Of a stretch of DNA of 64,000 nt, positions 28,060 through 37,577 are shown one piece after another. Source of the stretch: Treponemataceae bacterium (GTDB taxonomy: Bacteria > Spirochaetota > Spirochaetia > Treponematales > Rectinemataceae); the NCBI GenBank assembly GCA_963667725.2, contig CAXXHO010000003.1, forward strand, positions 576,001 to 640,000. Direction: 5' to 3'. How positions within the stretch are numbered: position 1 is the first letter of the stretch; each line of letters begins with the position of its first letter. Below the pieces are notes generated by a model. It worked only from the letters and a program-made list of their open reading frames with translations, was not told where the DNA came from and made no database searches. Both the position numbers and the translations under genes were made by a program.

Positions 28060-29862
28060 TCATACTATTTTCATAAATAATTGTAAAATATCTAACGAAA
28101 GATGCTCTGGGAAATCGTTAATTACAGTATCAATAATATAATTTTTTAATATATTGTCCTCAGTTTTCCCTTTTTTAATTCTATTCAATTCTGGTATTTT
28201 TGTAACAATATATTCTTCTAAATCATGACCTTTCATAGAAAACCATTGACTAGGAACACTATAACTAGAGTGGTTTATTGTTTCATATCTAGTCATATCC
28301 TTTATATCGATATTTATAGTCGTCATTAAATAATTAATGGCATTTTGCATATCTTCTACTGCGATTCTTTTGCAATCAACATAATTATTTATATTCGATA
28401 ATCCAAAATCTGATGGCTTTTTAATATTTTCTCTAAGAAGTAATAAAAAAAGATATATTGGATCAAAAATATAATTTTCGATCGAATATCTATTATTTTC
28501 TCCTAAGACTTTAATATAAACGCTTTCAGTATTTTTTAAATCCCAATCAATTATACCGTATATTAAATCATTTCCTAATTCCCTAAGTTTTGTTACAATA
28601 TCTATAACATCTGTACAATTCGTTCCCAATCGGCTATGCGGTGGAATAAATTGCAGATGGACACTAGTATCACTTTTAACGATTCTGTATATCTTTTCAT
28701 AATATTCTACGTCATAATTATTCTCAACAAATATCTGGCGTCTTCTCTCAATATTAATACGCAGGTTTCTGATCTCACTAGTTAATATCCTAATTGCATT
28801 TTCATGATTAGATTTTATTGGTTTCTTAAGCGACTTATCCATTTCATAAATATATATACCATCTGCTACTGCAACGGTTGTTGGTGAATGTGTTGTAATA
28901 ATAACACTTACACCAGCACGTTTATATATATATTCATTTAATGATTCTATCAGTAATCTTGAAAACTCTGGATGCAAACCGGCATCTGGTTCATCAAGTA
29001 AAAGTAAATCTAATTTTGCTCCTGTCTCCGTAGCATTGTATATTGCCAGCGCTAAGGACATTAAAACTTTTTCTCCCGTTGATAAGTCATTTACTTGAAT
29101 TGATAATCCGGATTCTGGGTTGTTAAGCTTCAAGGTAAATTCCGACTCTTTATTTTGTGATAGAGGATCATTAACAATATAAGGAAGTTTTGCATTTCTT
29201 AATATTTCATTTATTAGATCCCATGGTTTAGGTCCATAAATTACAATAAACTCCTCATCCGATAATACATTATTTGTTTCGCCATATTCTTTATTCTTAA
29301 ACAATTGATATCTATTGTCTTCAAGTCGCGTGTGATATGCTTTGAAAACTGTAGCAAATTGACTTGCAAACATTTCTTCTGGAACAAGAGTATTAAAATC
29401 AAAATATTTACGGAATAAGTCTTCTGTCTGCTCTTCTACTGATAAATGTGATTTTTCTAAAACAGCTTTTATTGCTCTTTTATGATTTGCATCGCCTATA
29501 TGGTTCATCAGCCACTCTATCTCATTTTGCCCTTGTGGAAGCTGTCCTTGTTTCTTTTTCAGTAAATAACTATCTCTTACTGGACTAAACTGATTCCATA
29601 TATTTTTTACATGATTAATGATTGTGTTATATTCACATTTTGAATCAACATTTGGATTCAATCCATTAAATGGTATATACTTAATTTTGCTTGCTTTCTT
29701 CCCATCGACAATCACAGTTGTTTTACTTTCTTGTACTAGTGATTCTAATAAATGGCTTTTGCCCGCACCGTTCTTTCCTGTTAAGATACAAAAGTTTGGT
29801 AATTGAACATCCACACCTACTGGAATAGACTTATGTTCTTTTTTAACAATAATATTTATCAT
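28060..29862 (-). CDS. ABC-type ATPase fused to a TOPRIM-like domain (OLD-like), cassette-borne
   Basis: Walker A GKNGAGKS, signature LSTGEK, Walker B LLLLDEPD, TTHS; C-terminal IFVE...D, GIIDWD, SIENY; very AT-rich. Confidence 0.85.
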   Translation of the reverse strand: MINIIVKKEHKSIPVGVDVQLPNFCILTGKNGAGKSHLLESLVQESKTTVIVDGKKASKIKYIPFNGLNPNVDSKCEYNTIINHVKNIWNQFSPVRDSYLLKKKQGQLPQGQNEIEWLMNHIGDANHKRAIKAVLEKSHLSVEEQTEDLFRKYFDFNTLVPEEMFASQFATVFKAYHTRLEDNRYQLFKNKEYGETNNVLSDEEFIVIYGPKPWDLINEILRNAKLPYIVNDPLSQNKESEFTLKLNNPESGLSIQVNDLSTGEKVLMSLALAIYNATETGAKLDLLLLDEPDAGLHPEFSRLLIESLNEYIYKRAGVSVIITTHSPTTVAVADGIYIYEMDKSLKKPIKSNHENAIRILTSEIRNLRINIERRRQIFVENNYDVEYYEKIYRIVKSDTSVHLQFIPPHSRLGTNCTDVIDIVTKLRELGNDLIYGIIDWDLKNTESVYIKVLGENNRYSIENYIFDPIYLFLLLLRENIKKPSDFGLSNINNYVDCKRIAVEDMQNAINYLMTTINIDIKDMTRYETINHSSYSVPSQWFSMKGHDLEEYIVTKIPELNRIKKGKTEDNILKNYIIDTVINDFPEHLSLDILQLFMKIV

Positions 29863-29882
29863 AAAACTTCTCCCGTTTTGAT

Positions 29883-29903
29883 TCTTTCTAACAATAGTTA
29901 TAA
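29883..29903 (-). mobile_element. Cassette 5' core site, attI-like or secondary site
   Basis: Minus strand TTATAAC-TATT-GTTAGAAAGA; GTTAGAAAGA is the exact complement of the cassette's R'' end TCTTTCTAAC. Confidence 0.65.
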
Positions 29904-29920
29904 AGGTCTATCCTATAAGT

Positions 29921-30385
29921 TCATCTTCTTAATCCTTGATCCATATTCTTTAGCATCACCAGCGCCCTATCCAACCCATCTGCAAACAGTTTAGTTTCTT
30001 TGACCGTCCTATGTGACCCTTTTGGTGAAGATGGCACAATGCCCAAAAATCGAAGCTCTTCAGCTGCATCCCGTAGCGAACGGCGTTCGGAGGCGTTTTC
30101 TTTGGTGTAGAGCTCGCCGCGGTCGTTGATTACGGCAATGCCGGATTCCGCGAGGCGCTCGGCGAAGGGAATGTCGCGGGTGACGACGAGGTCGCCCAAC
30201 GCGGCATTCGCTTCGATAAAATGGTCGGCGGCGTCGGGTCCCGCTGGTACGAGGGTTGCGAGAGCGGGGGGCACGTCGGGAAGCTTGCGGGCAGAGACGA
30301 AGCGCACGGGGATGTTTGCGCCACGGCGCACGAGGATAGGGCGGATGTCGCGCGGGGCGCTGTCCCCATCCACCCAGATCGTCAT
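29921..30385 (-). CDS. yaiI: YaiI/YqxD (DUF188) family protein
   Basis: IWVDGD..P, DAADHFI, GDLVVTRDIPFA, RGELYT. Confidence 0.85.
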   Translation of the reverse strand: MTIWVDGDSAPRDIRPILVRRGANIPVRFVSARKLPDVPPALATLVPAGPDAADHFIEANAALGDLVVTRDIPFAERLAESGIAVINDRGELYTKENASERRSLRDAAEELRFLGIVPSSPKGSHRTVKETKLFADGLDRALVMLKNMDQGLRR

Positions 30386-31638
30386 GGCGCCGCCTCGGGA
30401 TCTAAATGAGAGGAAGCGAGGGAGCCTACGCGAGCGCGATAGACCGTGCACGGACCGCGCAGGGAATAGGATTTGCAGGCCGCGCCTACGAAGACGGATT
30501 CGCCTCGCTTGAGGGCGATGGATGGATTGGCGCCGGAAGCGCAGTCGATGGTGGCCTGGCCCGCGGTGCAAAGAAGAATTTCGGGGCCGGAAGGCTTCAC
30601 TTCGGCGTGTTTCTGGTCGGAAAGATCGAAACGAGAGAGGGCGAATTCGCGAGCCGGCGTAGGCCAGAAAACCTCGCGCGCGCCGGAAATACCGGCGACG
30701 GGCTCGATGAGCGTAGGCTCGGCCTTGAAATCGAGGGTGCCGAGGAGATCGTCAACATCGACATGCTTGTGTGTGAGCCCGCCCCGGATCACGTTGTCTG
30801 AAGTGGCCATAATCTCGAGAATCGTGCCCTTCAGATACGCGTGCATGACGCCCGCGGGAATATAGATGCCCTGCCCGGGCTCGAGAAAAAGCACGTTCAT
30901 GAAAAGCGGGGAAATCGCCCCCGGATCGTGTGGATAGTGCTGAAAGCACATAAGGACGGTTTGTCCGGCGATCCTCGCGCCCTCGTCCTCACTCTTCGCG
31001 AGATCCCGCGCGCGGGAAGTCGCTTTGATTTCGAGCAACGTCCTTTCCTTATCGCGCAGGGCGAGGGCCTTCCCCAGAAGCCCGCGCAGCGAGGCCTCAG
31101 AGTCGAGGGCAGAAAAACCGAAATACCCGCAAAGCTCGGGACCCAGCATTTCCGCGGCCTCGCCCGCGCTCCTAAAACCGCAGAGCGCCGAAAAGGGCGA
31201 GAGGGCGACCGCCAGCTCGGGCTTGTGGTTCCTGTCCTTGTAGTCGCGCTCGGGCGCCGATCGCGGCAGGCCGCGTTTTTCCTCGCGCTCGAAACCGATC
31301 GCGGCGCGCGCCTTGTCAGGATGCACCTGAATGGAGAGGGGCATCGAGGCGGAAAGCGCCTTGAAAAGGAAGGGCAGGTCGTCGAACTCGGCGAAAACCT
31401 CCTCGCCGAGACTCTTCATCGGATTGTCGTGGATGTACTTCGGGAGGGGGAGAGCCTTGCCGTCGGGCAGTAGCAGAGAGGAGGGAGCGTCCGGATGCGA
31501 GCCCATCCAGCATTCGGCCGAAGGCTTCCCTGAGTCGGTGACGACGCCGGCGTAGAGGGAAAGTCCGTTATAGCTCCCCCACGCGTAGTTGCGTATCGTG
31601 TTTTCGAGCTTGAAAACGGGGGCCGAGGTATCTTTCAT
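30382..31638 (-). CDS. manA: Mannose-6-phosphate isomerase, class I
   Basis: YAWGS, AECWMGSHP, PLSIQVHP, YKD.NHKPE, HAYL.G, SDNVIRGGLT.KH. Confidence 0.95.
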   Translation of the reverse strand: MKDTSAPVFKLENTIRNYAWGSYNGLSLYAGVVTDSGKPSAECWMGSHPDAPSSLLLPDGKALPLPKYIHDNPMKSLGEEVFAEFDDLPFLFKALSASMPLSIQVHPDKARAAIGFEREEKRGLPRSAPERDYKDRNHKPELAVALSPFSALCGFRSAGEAAEMLGPELCGYFGFSALDSEASLRGLLGKALALRDKERTLLEIKATSRARDLAKSEDEGARIAGQTVLMCFQHYPHDPGAISPLFMNVLFLEPGQGIYIPAGVMHAYLKGTILEIMATSDNVIRGGLTHKHVDVDDLLGTLDFKAEPTLIEPVAGISGAREVFWPTPAREFALSRFDLSDQKHAEVKPSGPEILLCTAGQATIDCASGANPSIALKRGESVFVGAACKSYSLRGPCTVYRARVGSLASSHLDPEAAP

Positions 31639-31705
31639 AATGTCGATTTTCCTTGCATCGCCTCGCATTGTACCAGCGCTGTCGAGATGGGGCAAGGAAA
31701 AAGCG

Positions 31706-34168
31706 TCAAGCGTCCAGGAATCGCTCCACTTCGACGGCTATCGTCTCGATGCCCTCGGTGATCAGCTTGCATTTCGGGAGACTTTCTATGAAAAGCTGGC
31801 CGTATCGGGCCGTGGCGAGACGTTGGTCGAGAACGACCGCCACGCCCCTGTCGTCGGAGTGGCGGATGAGCCTGCCGAAACCCTGCTTGAACTTGATGAT
31901 GGCCTCAGGAACGCTGATTTCCATGAAGGAATTGCCGCCGCGCTTCTCGACGGCCTCCGCGCGGGCCTGCTGGATGGGGTCGTTGGGAACCTTGAAGGGC
32001 AGCTTGGTGATGACGACCATCGAAAGCGTCTCCCCTGGCGCGTCGACGCCTTCCCAGAAGGAATCGGTGGCGAAGAGGACCGACGAGATGTCGTTCCTGA
32101 ACATGGTGAGGAGCCGAGAGCGGTCGTCCATGCCCTGCCTGAAGCAGGTGATGCCGGCCTTCTCCATGACGGGCTTGGCCTTCTCGAAGGTGGCCGAAAG
32201 GATGTCGTAGCTCGTGAAGAGGACCAGGGCTCGCCCCCTGGATGCCGTGAGGAGGCGGACGACGGCGTCGCCCACGTAGCTCTTGAAAGCCTCCTTGGCC
32301 TTCTGCGGGCTGGGCGCCTGAGCGTCTACGGCCAGGATGGCGTTCGAGGAAAAGGGGAAAGGCGAGGGGTAGTGCTTCGTCTCCACGTCCTCGCGCTGCT
32401 TGGAAATGCCGATCCGCTTCATCCAGAAATCGAAGCTGCCGCCCACCGACAAGGTGGCCGAGGTGCAGACGACTGTCCTCACCTTCTCGAAGACCGAGCG
32501 CTCGAGGATGGCCGCCACCTCGAGGGGCGTGGCGTTGAACGATATGAAGATGTCCTTCTGCGAGGTGCGCGATTTTTCGAGCCAGAAGATCGTGTCCGGA
32601 TTCGCGTCGAAATCCTTGAGCCTCGCGATGAGATCGGCCAACTCGTTGAGGCCCCTGGCTATGATCCGCGCCTCGAAGGCGGAAGGGTCCTGGGCGCGCG
32701 ACTCAGGCAAGGCTTCCAGAATGTCGGCGATGATCTTCGTGAGGGCGAGAATGGAGCGCTGGAGCCTGCCCGCCGGTTCGCAGACCGAGGAGACGATCTC
32801 CTGGTTTTTCTCCATGAGCCGCAGGGTCGTCTCGGTCGATAAAAGGCGGATGGCGGCGGCTTCTAGGTCCGACATCGAGGCCTGGATTTCCTTCACGGCC
32901 GGCTCGAAGGACTTGAGGAGGGATTTACCGATCGCGGGGATGACGGAGAGCTTCGCGAGGGCGCCGAACTGTCCCGTCCTGTTCTTGCGCCAGAGCCGGG
33001 AGAGTTTCTTGACGACGGAAAAGCGCGTGAAACTCTCGGTGAAGAGACTCGTCGCGCTCGCTTCTATCGAGTGGGCTTCGTCCAGGATCAAGGATGAATA
33101 GGCCGGGAGGATGGAGGTCTGCTCGAGGCCGGAACCCCGCTGGCGGGAGGCCAGGTCGGCGAAAAGCAGGTGGTGGTTGACGACGATGATCTGGGCGTCA
33201 GCCGCGTTTTTCCTGACCGAGATCACGTGGCAGCGCTCCCTGCTCGGACAGCGTATCGAAATGCAGGCGTCCGCCTCGGAACAGACCTTGTTCCACACCT
33301 GGTCCTCGACGCGGAAGGGCAGGTCTGCCCTGTCGCCGGAGCCGCCCGATTCGTCCCAGGCGAGAATTCGCTTTAGAGGGCTTTCGTCGTCCAGGAGAAG
33401 GCCTTCCTCCTCGATGGCTTCGCCCAATCTTCGCTTGCAGACATAGTTGGACCTGCCCTTGACGAGGACGGCCTTCAGCTTCTTCTTGAAAATGGAGGCG
33501 ACGAGGGGTATGTCCTTGGAGAAGAGCTGGTCCTGGAGGTTTATCGTGGCGGTGGAGATGACGACTCTTTCCTCGTTGCCCTGAGCCCAGGCCATGGCCG
33601 GCACGAGGTAGGCGAAGGATTTTCCGACGCCGGTGCCGGCTTCGGCGGCGAGGATGCCCCCCTGGTTGAAGAGGGAGGCCACGTCTGAGGTCATGGCGAT
33701 CTGCGAGGCGCGGGGTTCGAAGGCGGGCATTTTCTGGGAAAGTTTGCCGCCCTGGTCGAGGGCGCCGGAGAGGCCTTCCTCGTCCAGCATTCGGTAGGAT
33801 TTCCTGCGCGCCGGCTCGGCCACGATGTAGAGTTCCGTGACCGCGTTGTTGACGATATAGCTGCCGACTCCGTAGGTGCCCGCGTCGGCCGCTATGGCGA
33901 CGTCGGCCTCGGAGGGCTGGAGGTAGCCCGAAGGATGATTATGGATGAGGACGGAGCCTTTCTCGAAGTAGGGGCCGAGGGCGGGAACGGTATCGATGGT
34001 CCCGCGGGCGACGATTTCCACTTCGCGGACGAGGCCGGCCTCGTCGAGGCTGCCGATGGCGAATACTTCGATGCCGCCGGCCGACTCGATGGCTTGCACG
34101 AGTTCTGTGCAGATTTGCGGCGTCAGTCTTTGGCCGGCCTCGACGAGGGCGCTGTGCTGCGTGGACAT
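31706..34168 (-). CDS. dinG: DinG/YoaA family helicase with an N-terminal JAB/MPN domain
   Basis: HNHPSG...PSEAD; EAGTGVGKS, KGRSNYVC, DEAH, FWEGVD, QGFGRLIR. Confidence 0.9.
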   Translation of the reverse strand: MSTQHSALVEAGQRLTPQICTELVQAIESAGGIEVFAIGSLDEAGLVREVEIVARGTIDTVPALGPYFEKGSVLIHNHPSGYLQPSEADVAIAADAGTYGVGSYIVNNAVTELYIVAEPARRKSYRMLDEEGLSGALDQGGKLSQKMPAFEPRASQIAMTSDVASLFNQGGILAAEAGTGVGKSFAYLVPAMAWAQGNEERVVISTATINLQDQLFSKDIPLVASIFKKKLKAVLVKGRSNYVCKRRLGEAIEEEGLLLDDESPLKRILAWDESGGSGDRADLPFRVEDQVWNKVCSEADACISIRCPSRERCHVISVRKNAADAQIIVVNHHLLFADLASRQRGSGLEQTSILPAYSSLILDEAHSIEASATSLFTESFTRFSVVKKLSRLWRKNRTGQFGALAKLSVIPAIGKSLLKSFEPAVKEIQASMSDLEAAAIRLLSTETTLRLMEKNQEIVSSVCEPAGRLQRSILALTKIIADILEALPESRAQDPSAFEARIIARGLNELADLIARLKDFDANPDTIFWLEKSRTSQKDIFISFNATPLEVAAILERSVFEKVRTVVCTSATLSVGGSFDFWMKRIGISKQREDVETKHYPSPFPFSSNAILAVDAQAPSPQKAKEAFKSYVGDAVVRLLTASRGRALVLFTSYDILSATFEKAKPVMEKAGITCFRQGMDDRSRLLTMFRNDISSVLFATDSFWEGVDAPGETLSMVVITKLPFKVPNDPIQQARAEAVEKRGGNSFMEISVPEAIIKFKQGFGRLIRHSDDRGVAVVLDQRLATARYGQLFIESLPKCKLITEGIETIAVEVERFLDA

Positions 34169-37152
34169 CAGTAGGTCACTCCCATGCCAAAATCCAGGTG
34201 CAGGGTCTGTCCCCCCGACAGCGTGGAGGAGAAGGCCCAGGAAGCTTCAATGTTTAACGCAATGTGCGCTTCCGCCGCAAGTCCCGCCAGGACCGCTATG
34301 TCGGTTTCCATGCGCGCGAAGGCCGAATAGGGCAGGACGGGGAGGCCGGCCTGTTCGAGGAGAGCCGCGCGCAGTCCGCCCCAGAAGGAAACGCGGCGGA
34401 TGGCCCAGGAGGGGAGGAAGGGCATTGGAATGGGGCCTATGGCTTCCCATAGCTCGAAGGTGGCAATGCGCGCGGCGAGCTCGCCGAAGCCGTACCAGGA
34501 CGAGCCTGCGCCCATGAGGGCATATTCCTTATAGTCGGGGTAGGGAGCCGAGAGCGCCGACGAATAGTAGGCCCCGCCGACCGCGTAGTAGCGTCCCATG
34601 GGATGGAAGAGCAGTTCGTTCGAGGGTGTCCAGGCGCCGTAGAGCGAGAGCTTGGCGGCGGGCCGGGGGATGGCGAAGGACAGGGCGCCCGAGAAGGAAA
34701 AGGCCGAAACCGTGCCCGGAAGGACTTCGTAATCGCCGCTGCCTGAGAGGGCGATGCCCTGGCGATCGAAGGGGGCGAAAGGAAGGGAGCGCATCGAGGA
34801 GTATCCGGCCGCGACGGAGCCGCCCGCCGAACGGTAGTCAAAATCGGGGAAGATGTAATCGGCGACGGTGTAGCCTTCGTCGAGGCCGGCGAAGCTCGCG
34901 GTGGCGCTCGTCCAGAACCTTCGGTTGACGGGCAAAAGGTAGTGATTGTAGCGGTAGCCCATGGCGGCGCCTATCATGCGGGTTGGGGTGATGATGCCCG
35001 CCGAGCTGGAGTCGGTGGAATCGATCGCCGCGATGGCCAGGTAATGTTCATCGACGGCAAGTCCCATCGTGAATGATGTTTCGGGCACGTTCGCTACATA
35101 ATCCCATCCCGCCGAGGCTTCCCAGGACAGCCTTTCGGTGAGGTCGGAGCCTATGAAGGTCAGGCCGGCCGATTCGCTGTCCACGAAGGGGTAGAGGCTC
35201 GCTGAAAGGAGGCGGGGAAAGAGGGTGGGCTTGAGCCGCTCATGGATCTTCTCTGTCGTCTCCGTGGAAGCGGAAGCCGGGGCCGATCGCGCCGAGAGCG
35301 AGGCTCTTGTTGTCTCGAGCGGCTTCCAGGCGACGTCGGAGGGCCCGGCGTATGAAGCGATGGTCGATTCGTCGAATCGCGCGACGCGCAATTCCTGTTC
35401 GCCGTCCCCGAGCGCGGCTTTGTATATCAGCCGCTTCCTGCCCGCGAAAACCGGGGAAAAAGCGCCGCCTTCGGGCGCCGTTTTCTGCAGATAAAGCTTC
35501 CATCCCTCGGCCGTTTCCGCGAGGACAGCGATTCGGGAAAGCCCGCCTTCGGAAGCCGCGCTCATGGCGATGAGCTGCCCGAAGCCGTCGCTTTGTCCCA
35601 GAGAAGGGCTGCCCGCCAAAGCCAGGGAGCGGACGAAAAGGAGGGGGCTGTCCAGGATTTCCATGGCGCCGTCGGCTGATTGGCGCGCGGGCATTACGCG
35701 GGTGCCCATCCTGACGAGTCCGTATCGATAGCCCGTAGATGAATCGAGCCTTGGCTTGTGCAGGAAGGGAAGCGGGGCTCCCGGCTCCTGGTTGGCCATG
35801 GCGGCGCCGGATTTTTCGACTTCGCGCTCCTGGGGCTGGCTCATGGTTTTGTCGTTTAAGTTATAGAAATACCTGGCGGGCTCTATTCGGCCGCCAGTTC
35901 CTATCCTTATCCAATCTATGCCTAGCGAGCCGCCGTCGGCCGAAATCCACAAATCCTCGATGTAGCCGTCGCCCGGAAATAGCTTGAGCGGTTTAGCCTG
36001 CCCGGATTCCAGGTCCAGCGCGAAGACGTTCCGTCTTTCCTGGTCGAGGTAATAGAAGCGTTTTTCGTCGGCTTGGAAGGCGCCTATGCGCCTGCCCGCC
36101 GCGGCGATCGCGGTGTCCTGCGGGCCTGCCGTTTCCTCTGCCCGGCTCCCGAGCCAATCCAGGAACTCGTTCCAGAGCGCGGCGGGCTGCCGTCCGCTGT
36201 ACTTCCCCAGGAGGCCTCGCGTGCCGAAAGTGCCGTCGAAGCCCGTGAAAAGGTTGCCCCGCGCGGCCAGGCGCCAGAGGTCCCGGATGCTTTCGCCGCC
36301 ATAGCGCTCTTCCATGAAACTCGCGAAGAGGGCGCCGTAATAGTAGGGCATGCCTCCTGAGCCCGGATAGTCGGCTACGCCCGACACGTCCCATAAGCCC
36401 CGCCGCCTGCCCTGCAGAATATCCAGGTAAACGGGCTCGAGGGCGGCGGGGTCATGCAGCCTTCCCGTCCGCGGCAGCGCCGACTCCGGCGCCGCCGACT
36501 TTGGCGCCGAGCCTTCCCGAAGCGCCTCAGGCACCCCATACCTGCTCTCCACCCATACGGCCGTCCCTTCGACGAGAGCCTCGGGCATGATCCAGGAGAC
36601 GGGCGCCACGAAATCGCCGCCGATCGCGGCCAGCGCCGCCCAGAAGTGAGAGCGCATATTGACGGTTATCGTATGGGTAAGTTCGTGGATGAAAACCGAA
36701 CGCAGTTCGTCCTCCAGCGAGGCCAGTTCGCCAGAGGGGCCGGCCGACGAAACGTAGAGGACGATCCTGTTGGATGGATAGGCCGTCGAGTAGCCGTTCA
36801 GGTCGGGTTCGACATCGCTCAAAAGGACAGCGATCCTGCCGCTGGGAAAGGAAATCCCGGAGGCGGCGGAATTTTTGCCCCCGGCGGTCGCGCCGAAGAA
36901 TCCCAGGAGATCCGCCATTGTTTCGTCCGCGAAAGCGGCAAGTCTCTGCCCCTGGGCCTCGAGGGAAGGAGGGAAATATATATCGAAGGAATCCGTGCGG
37001 ATATGCTCCATGAGGGAGAAAGATCGTACGGCTTGGCCCTCCGCGCGGCCGGGCAGGGCGAAAAGGAAAAGGATCAGGGCGGAAAAAGCTGCTTTTATAA
37101 AAAAATCCCGGAATTGGCGGGATGGTCTGATGATCGCGTCATGTTTCACCAT
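34168..37152 (-). CDS. Exported protein with a gluzincin-like domain and probable C-terminal beta-barrel
   Basis: Signal peptide; HELTH followed by EGTAVW; alternating strands ending LDFGMGVTY. Confidence 0.65.
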   Translation of the reverse strand: MVKHDAIIRPSRQFRDFFIKAAFSALILFLFALPGRAEGQAVRSFSLMEHIRTDSFDIYFPPSLEAQGQRLAAFADETMADLLGFFGATAGGKNSAASGISFPSGRIAVLLSDVEPDLNGYSTAYPSNRIVLYVSSAGPSGELASLEDELRSVFIHELTHTITVNMRSHFWAALAAIGGDFVAPVSWIMPEALVEGTAVWVESRYGVPEALREGSAPKSAAPESALPRTGRLHDPAALEPVYLDILQGRRRGLWDVSGVADYPGSGGMPYYYGALFASFMEERYGGESIRDLWRLAARGNLFTGFDGTFGTRGLLGKYSGRQPAALWNEFLDWLGSRAEETAGPQDTAIAAAGRRIGAFQADEKRFYYLDQERRNVFALDLESGQAKPLKLFPGDGYIEDLWISADGGSLGIDWIRIGTGGRIEPARYFYNLNDKTMSQPQEREVEKSGAAMANQEPGAPLPFLHKPRLDSSTGYRYGLVRMGTRVMPARQSADGAMEILDSPLLFVRSLALAGSPSLGQSDGFGQLIAMSAASEGGLSRIAVLAETAEGWKLYLQKTAPEGGAFSPVFAGRKRLIYKAALGDGEQELRVARFDESTIASYAGPSDVAWKPLETTRASLSARSAPASASTETTEKIHERLKPTLFPRLLSASLYPFVDSESAGLTFIGSDLTERLSWEASAGWDYVANVPETSFTMGLAVDEHYLAIAAIDSTDSSSAGIITPTRMIGAAMGYRYNHYLLPVNRRFWTSATASFAGLDEGYTVADYIFPDFDYRSAGGSVAAGYSSMRSLPFAPFDRQGIALSGSGDYEVLPGTVSAFSFSGALSFAIPRPAAKLSLYGAWTPSNELLFHPMGRYYAVGGAYYSSALSAPYPDYKEYALMGAGSSWYGFGELAARIATFELWEAIGPIPMPFLPSWAIRRVSFWGGLRAALLEQAGLPVLPYSAFARMETDIAVLAGLAAEAHIALNIEASWAFSSTLSGGQTLHLDFGMGVTY

Positions 37153-37257
37153 TTCAATGTACCACTTTTACGGCGAATACGAAACCGCGCCGGCTCTGTG
37201 AAGCTCTCCGGGGTATGGCGCTCGATACGAATTCGCGGTATCTTATCTCCCATAGTC

Positions 37258-37563
37258 ATGAAATCAGAACCAGAAACCATCCAGGGCGCTTTTTCCCCCG
37301 GCGCGCGGCGATATGCCGCGGCGGCGCTCAGGGAAACGAAGGCTTCGGGCTTTTTCGGCGCCGCGAAGCAGTCGCCCCGGGAGAGCTTCGCCCGCGCGAT
37401 CCGCGAGCTGTCGACCGAAGACGAAGAATTGCCCCTCCCCGACGAACAGAGCCCCATCGTCTTCAAGGATGGAATATTCCAGATTGATGTTACCAACGCG
37501 GGAGCTCCCTCCACTATTGATCCAGCCTTGAAGGGACTCATCGATTCAATTCTGGGAACCTGA
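37258..37563 (+). CDS. Hypothetical protein
   Basis: 101-aa ORF filling the gap and ending just before the xth RBS. Confidence 0.5.
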   Translation: MKSEPETIQGAFSPGARRYAAAALRETKASGFFGAAKQSPRESFARAIRELSTEDEELPLPDEQSPIVFKDGIFQIDVTNAGAPSTIDPALKGLIDSILGT

Positions 37564-37577
37564 ACGAAGGAAAACGC

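Noticed and set aside
29893..29920. Xer dif site
   Set aside because: An 11-6-11 layout can be drawn, but the match to XerC/XerD arms is weak; an integron core site explains the region better.
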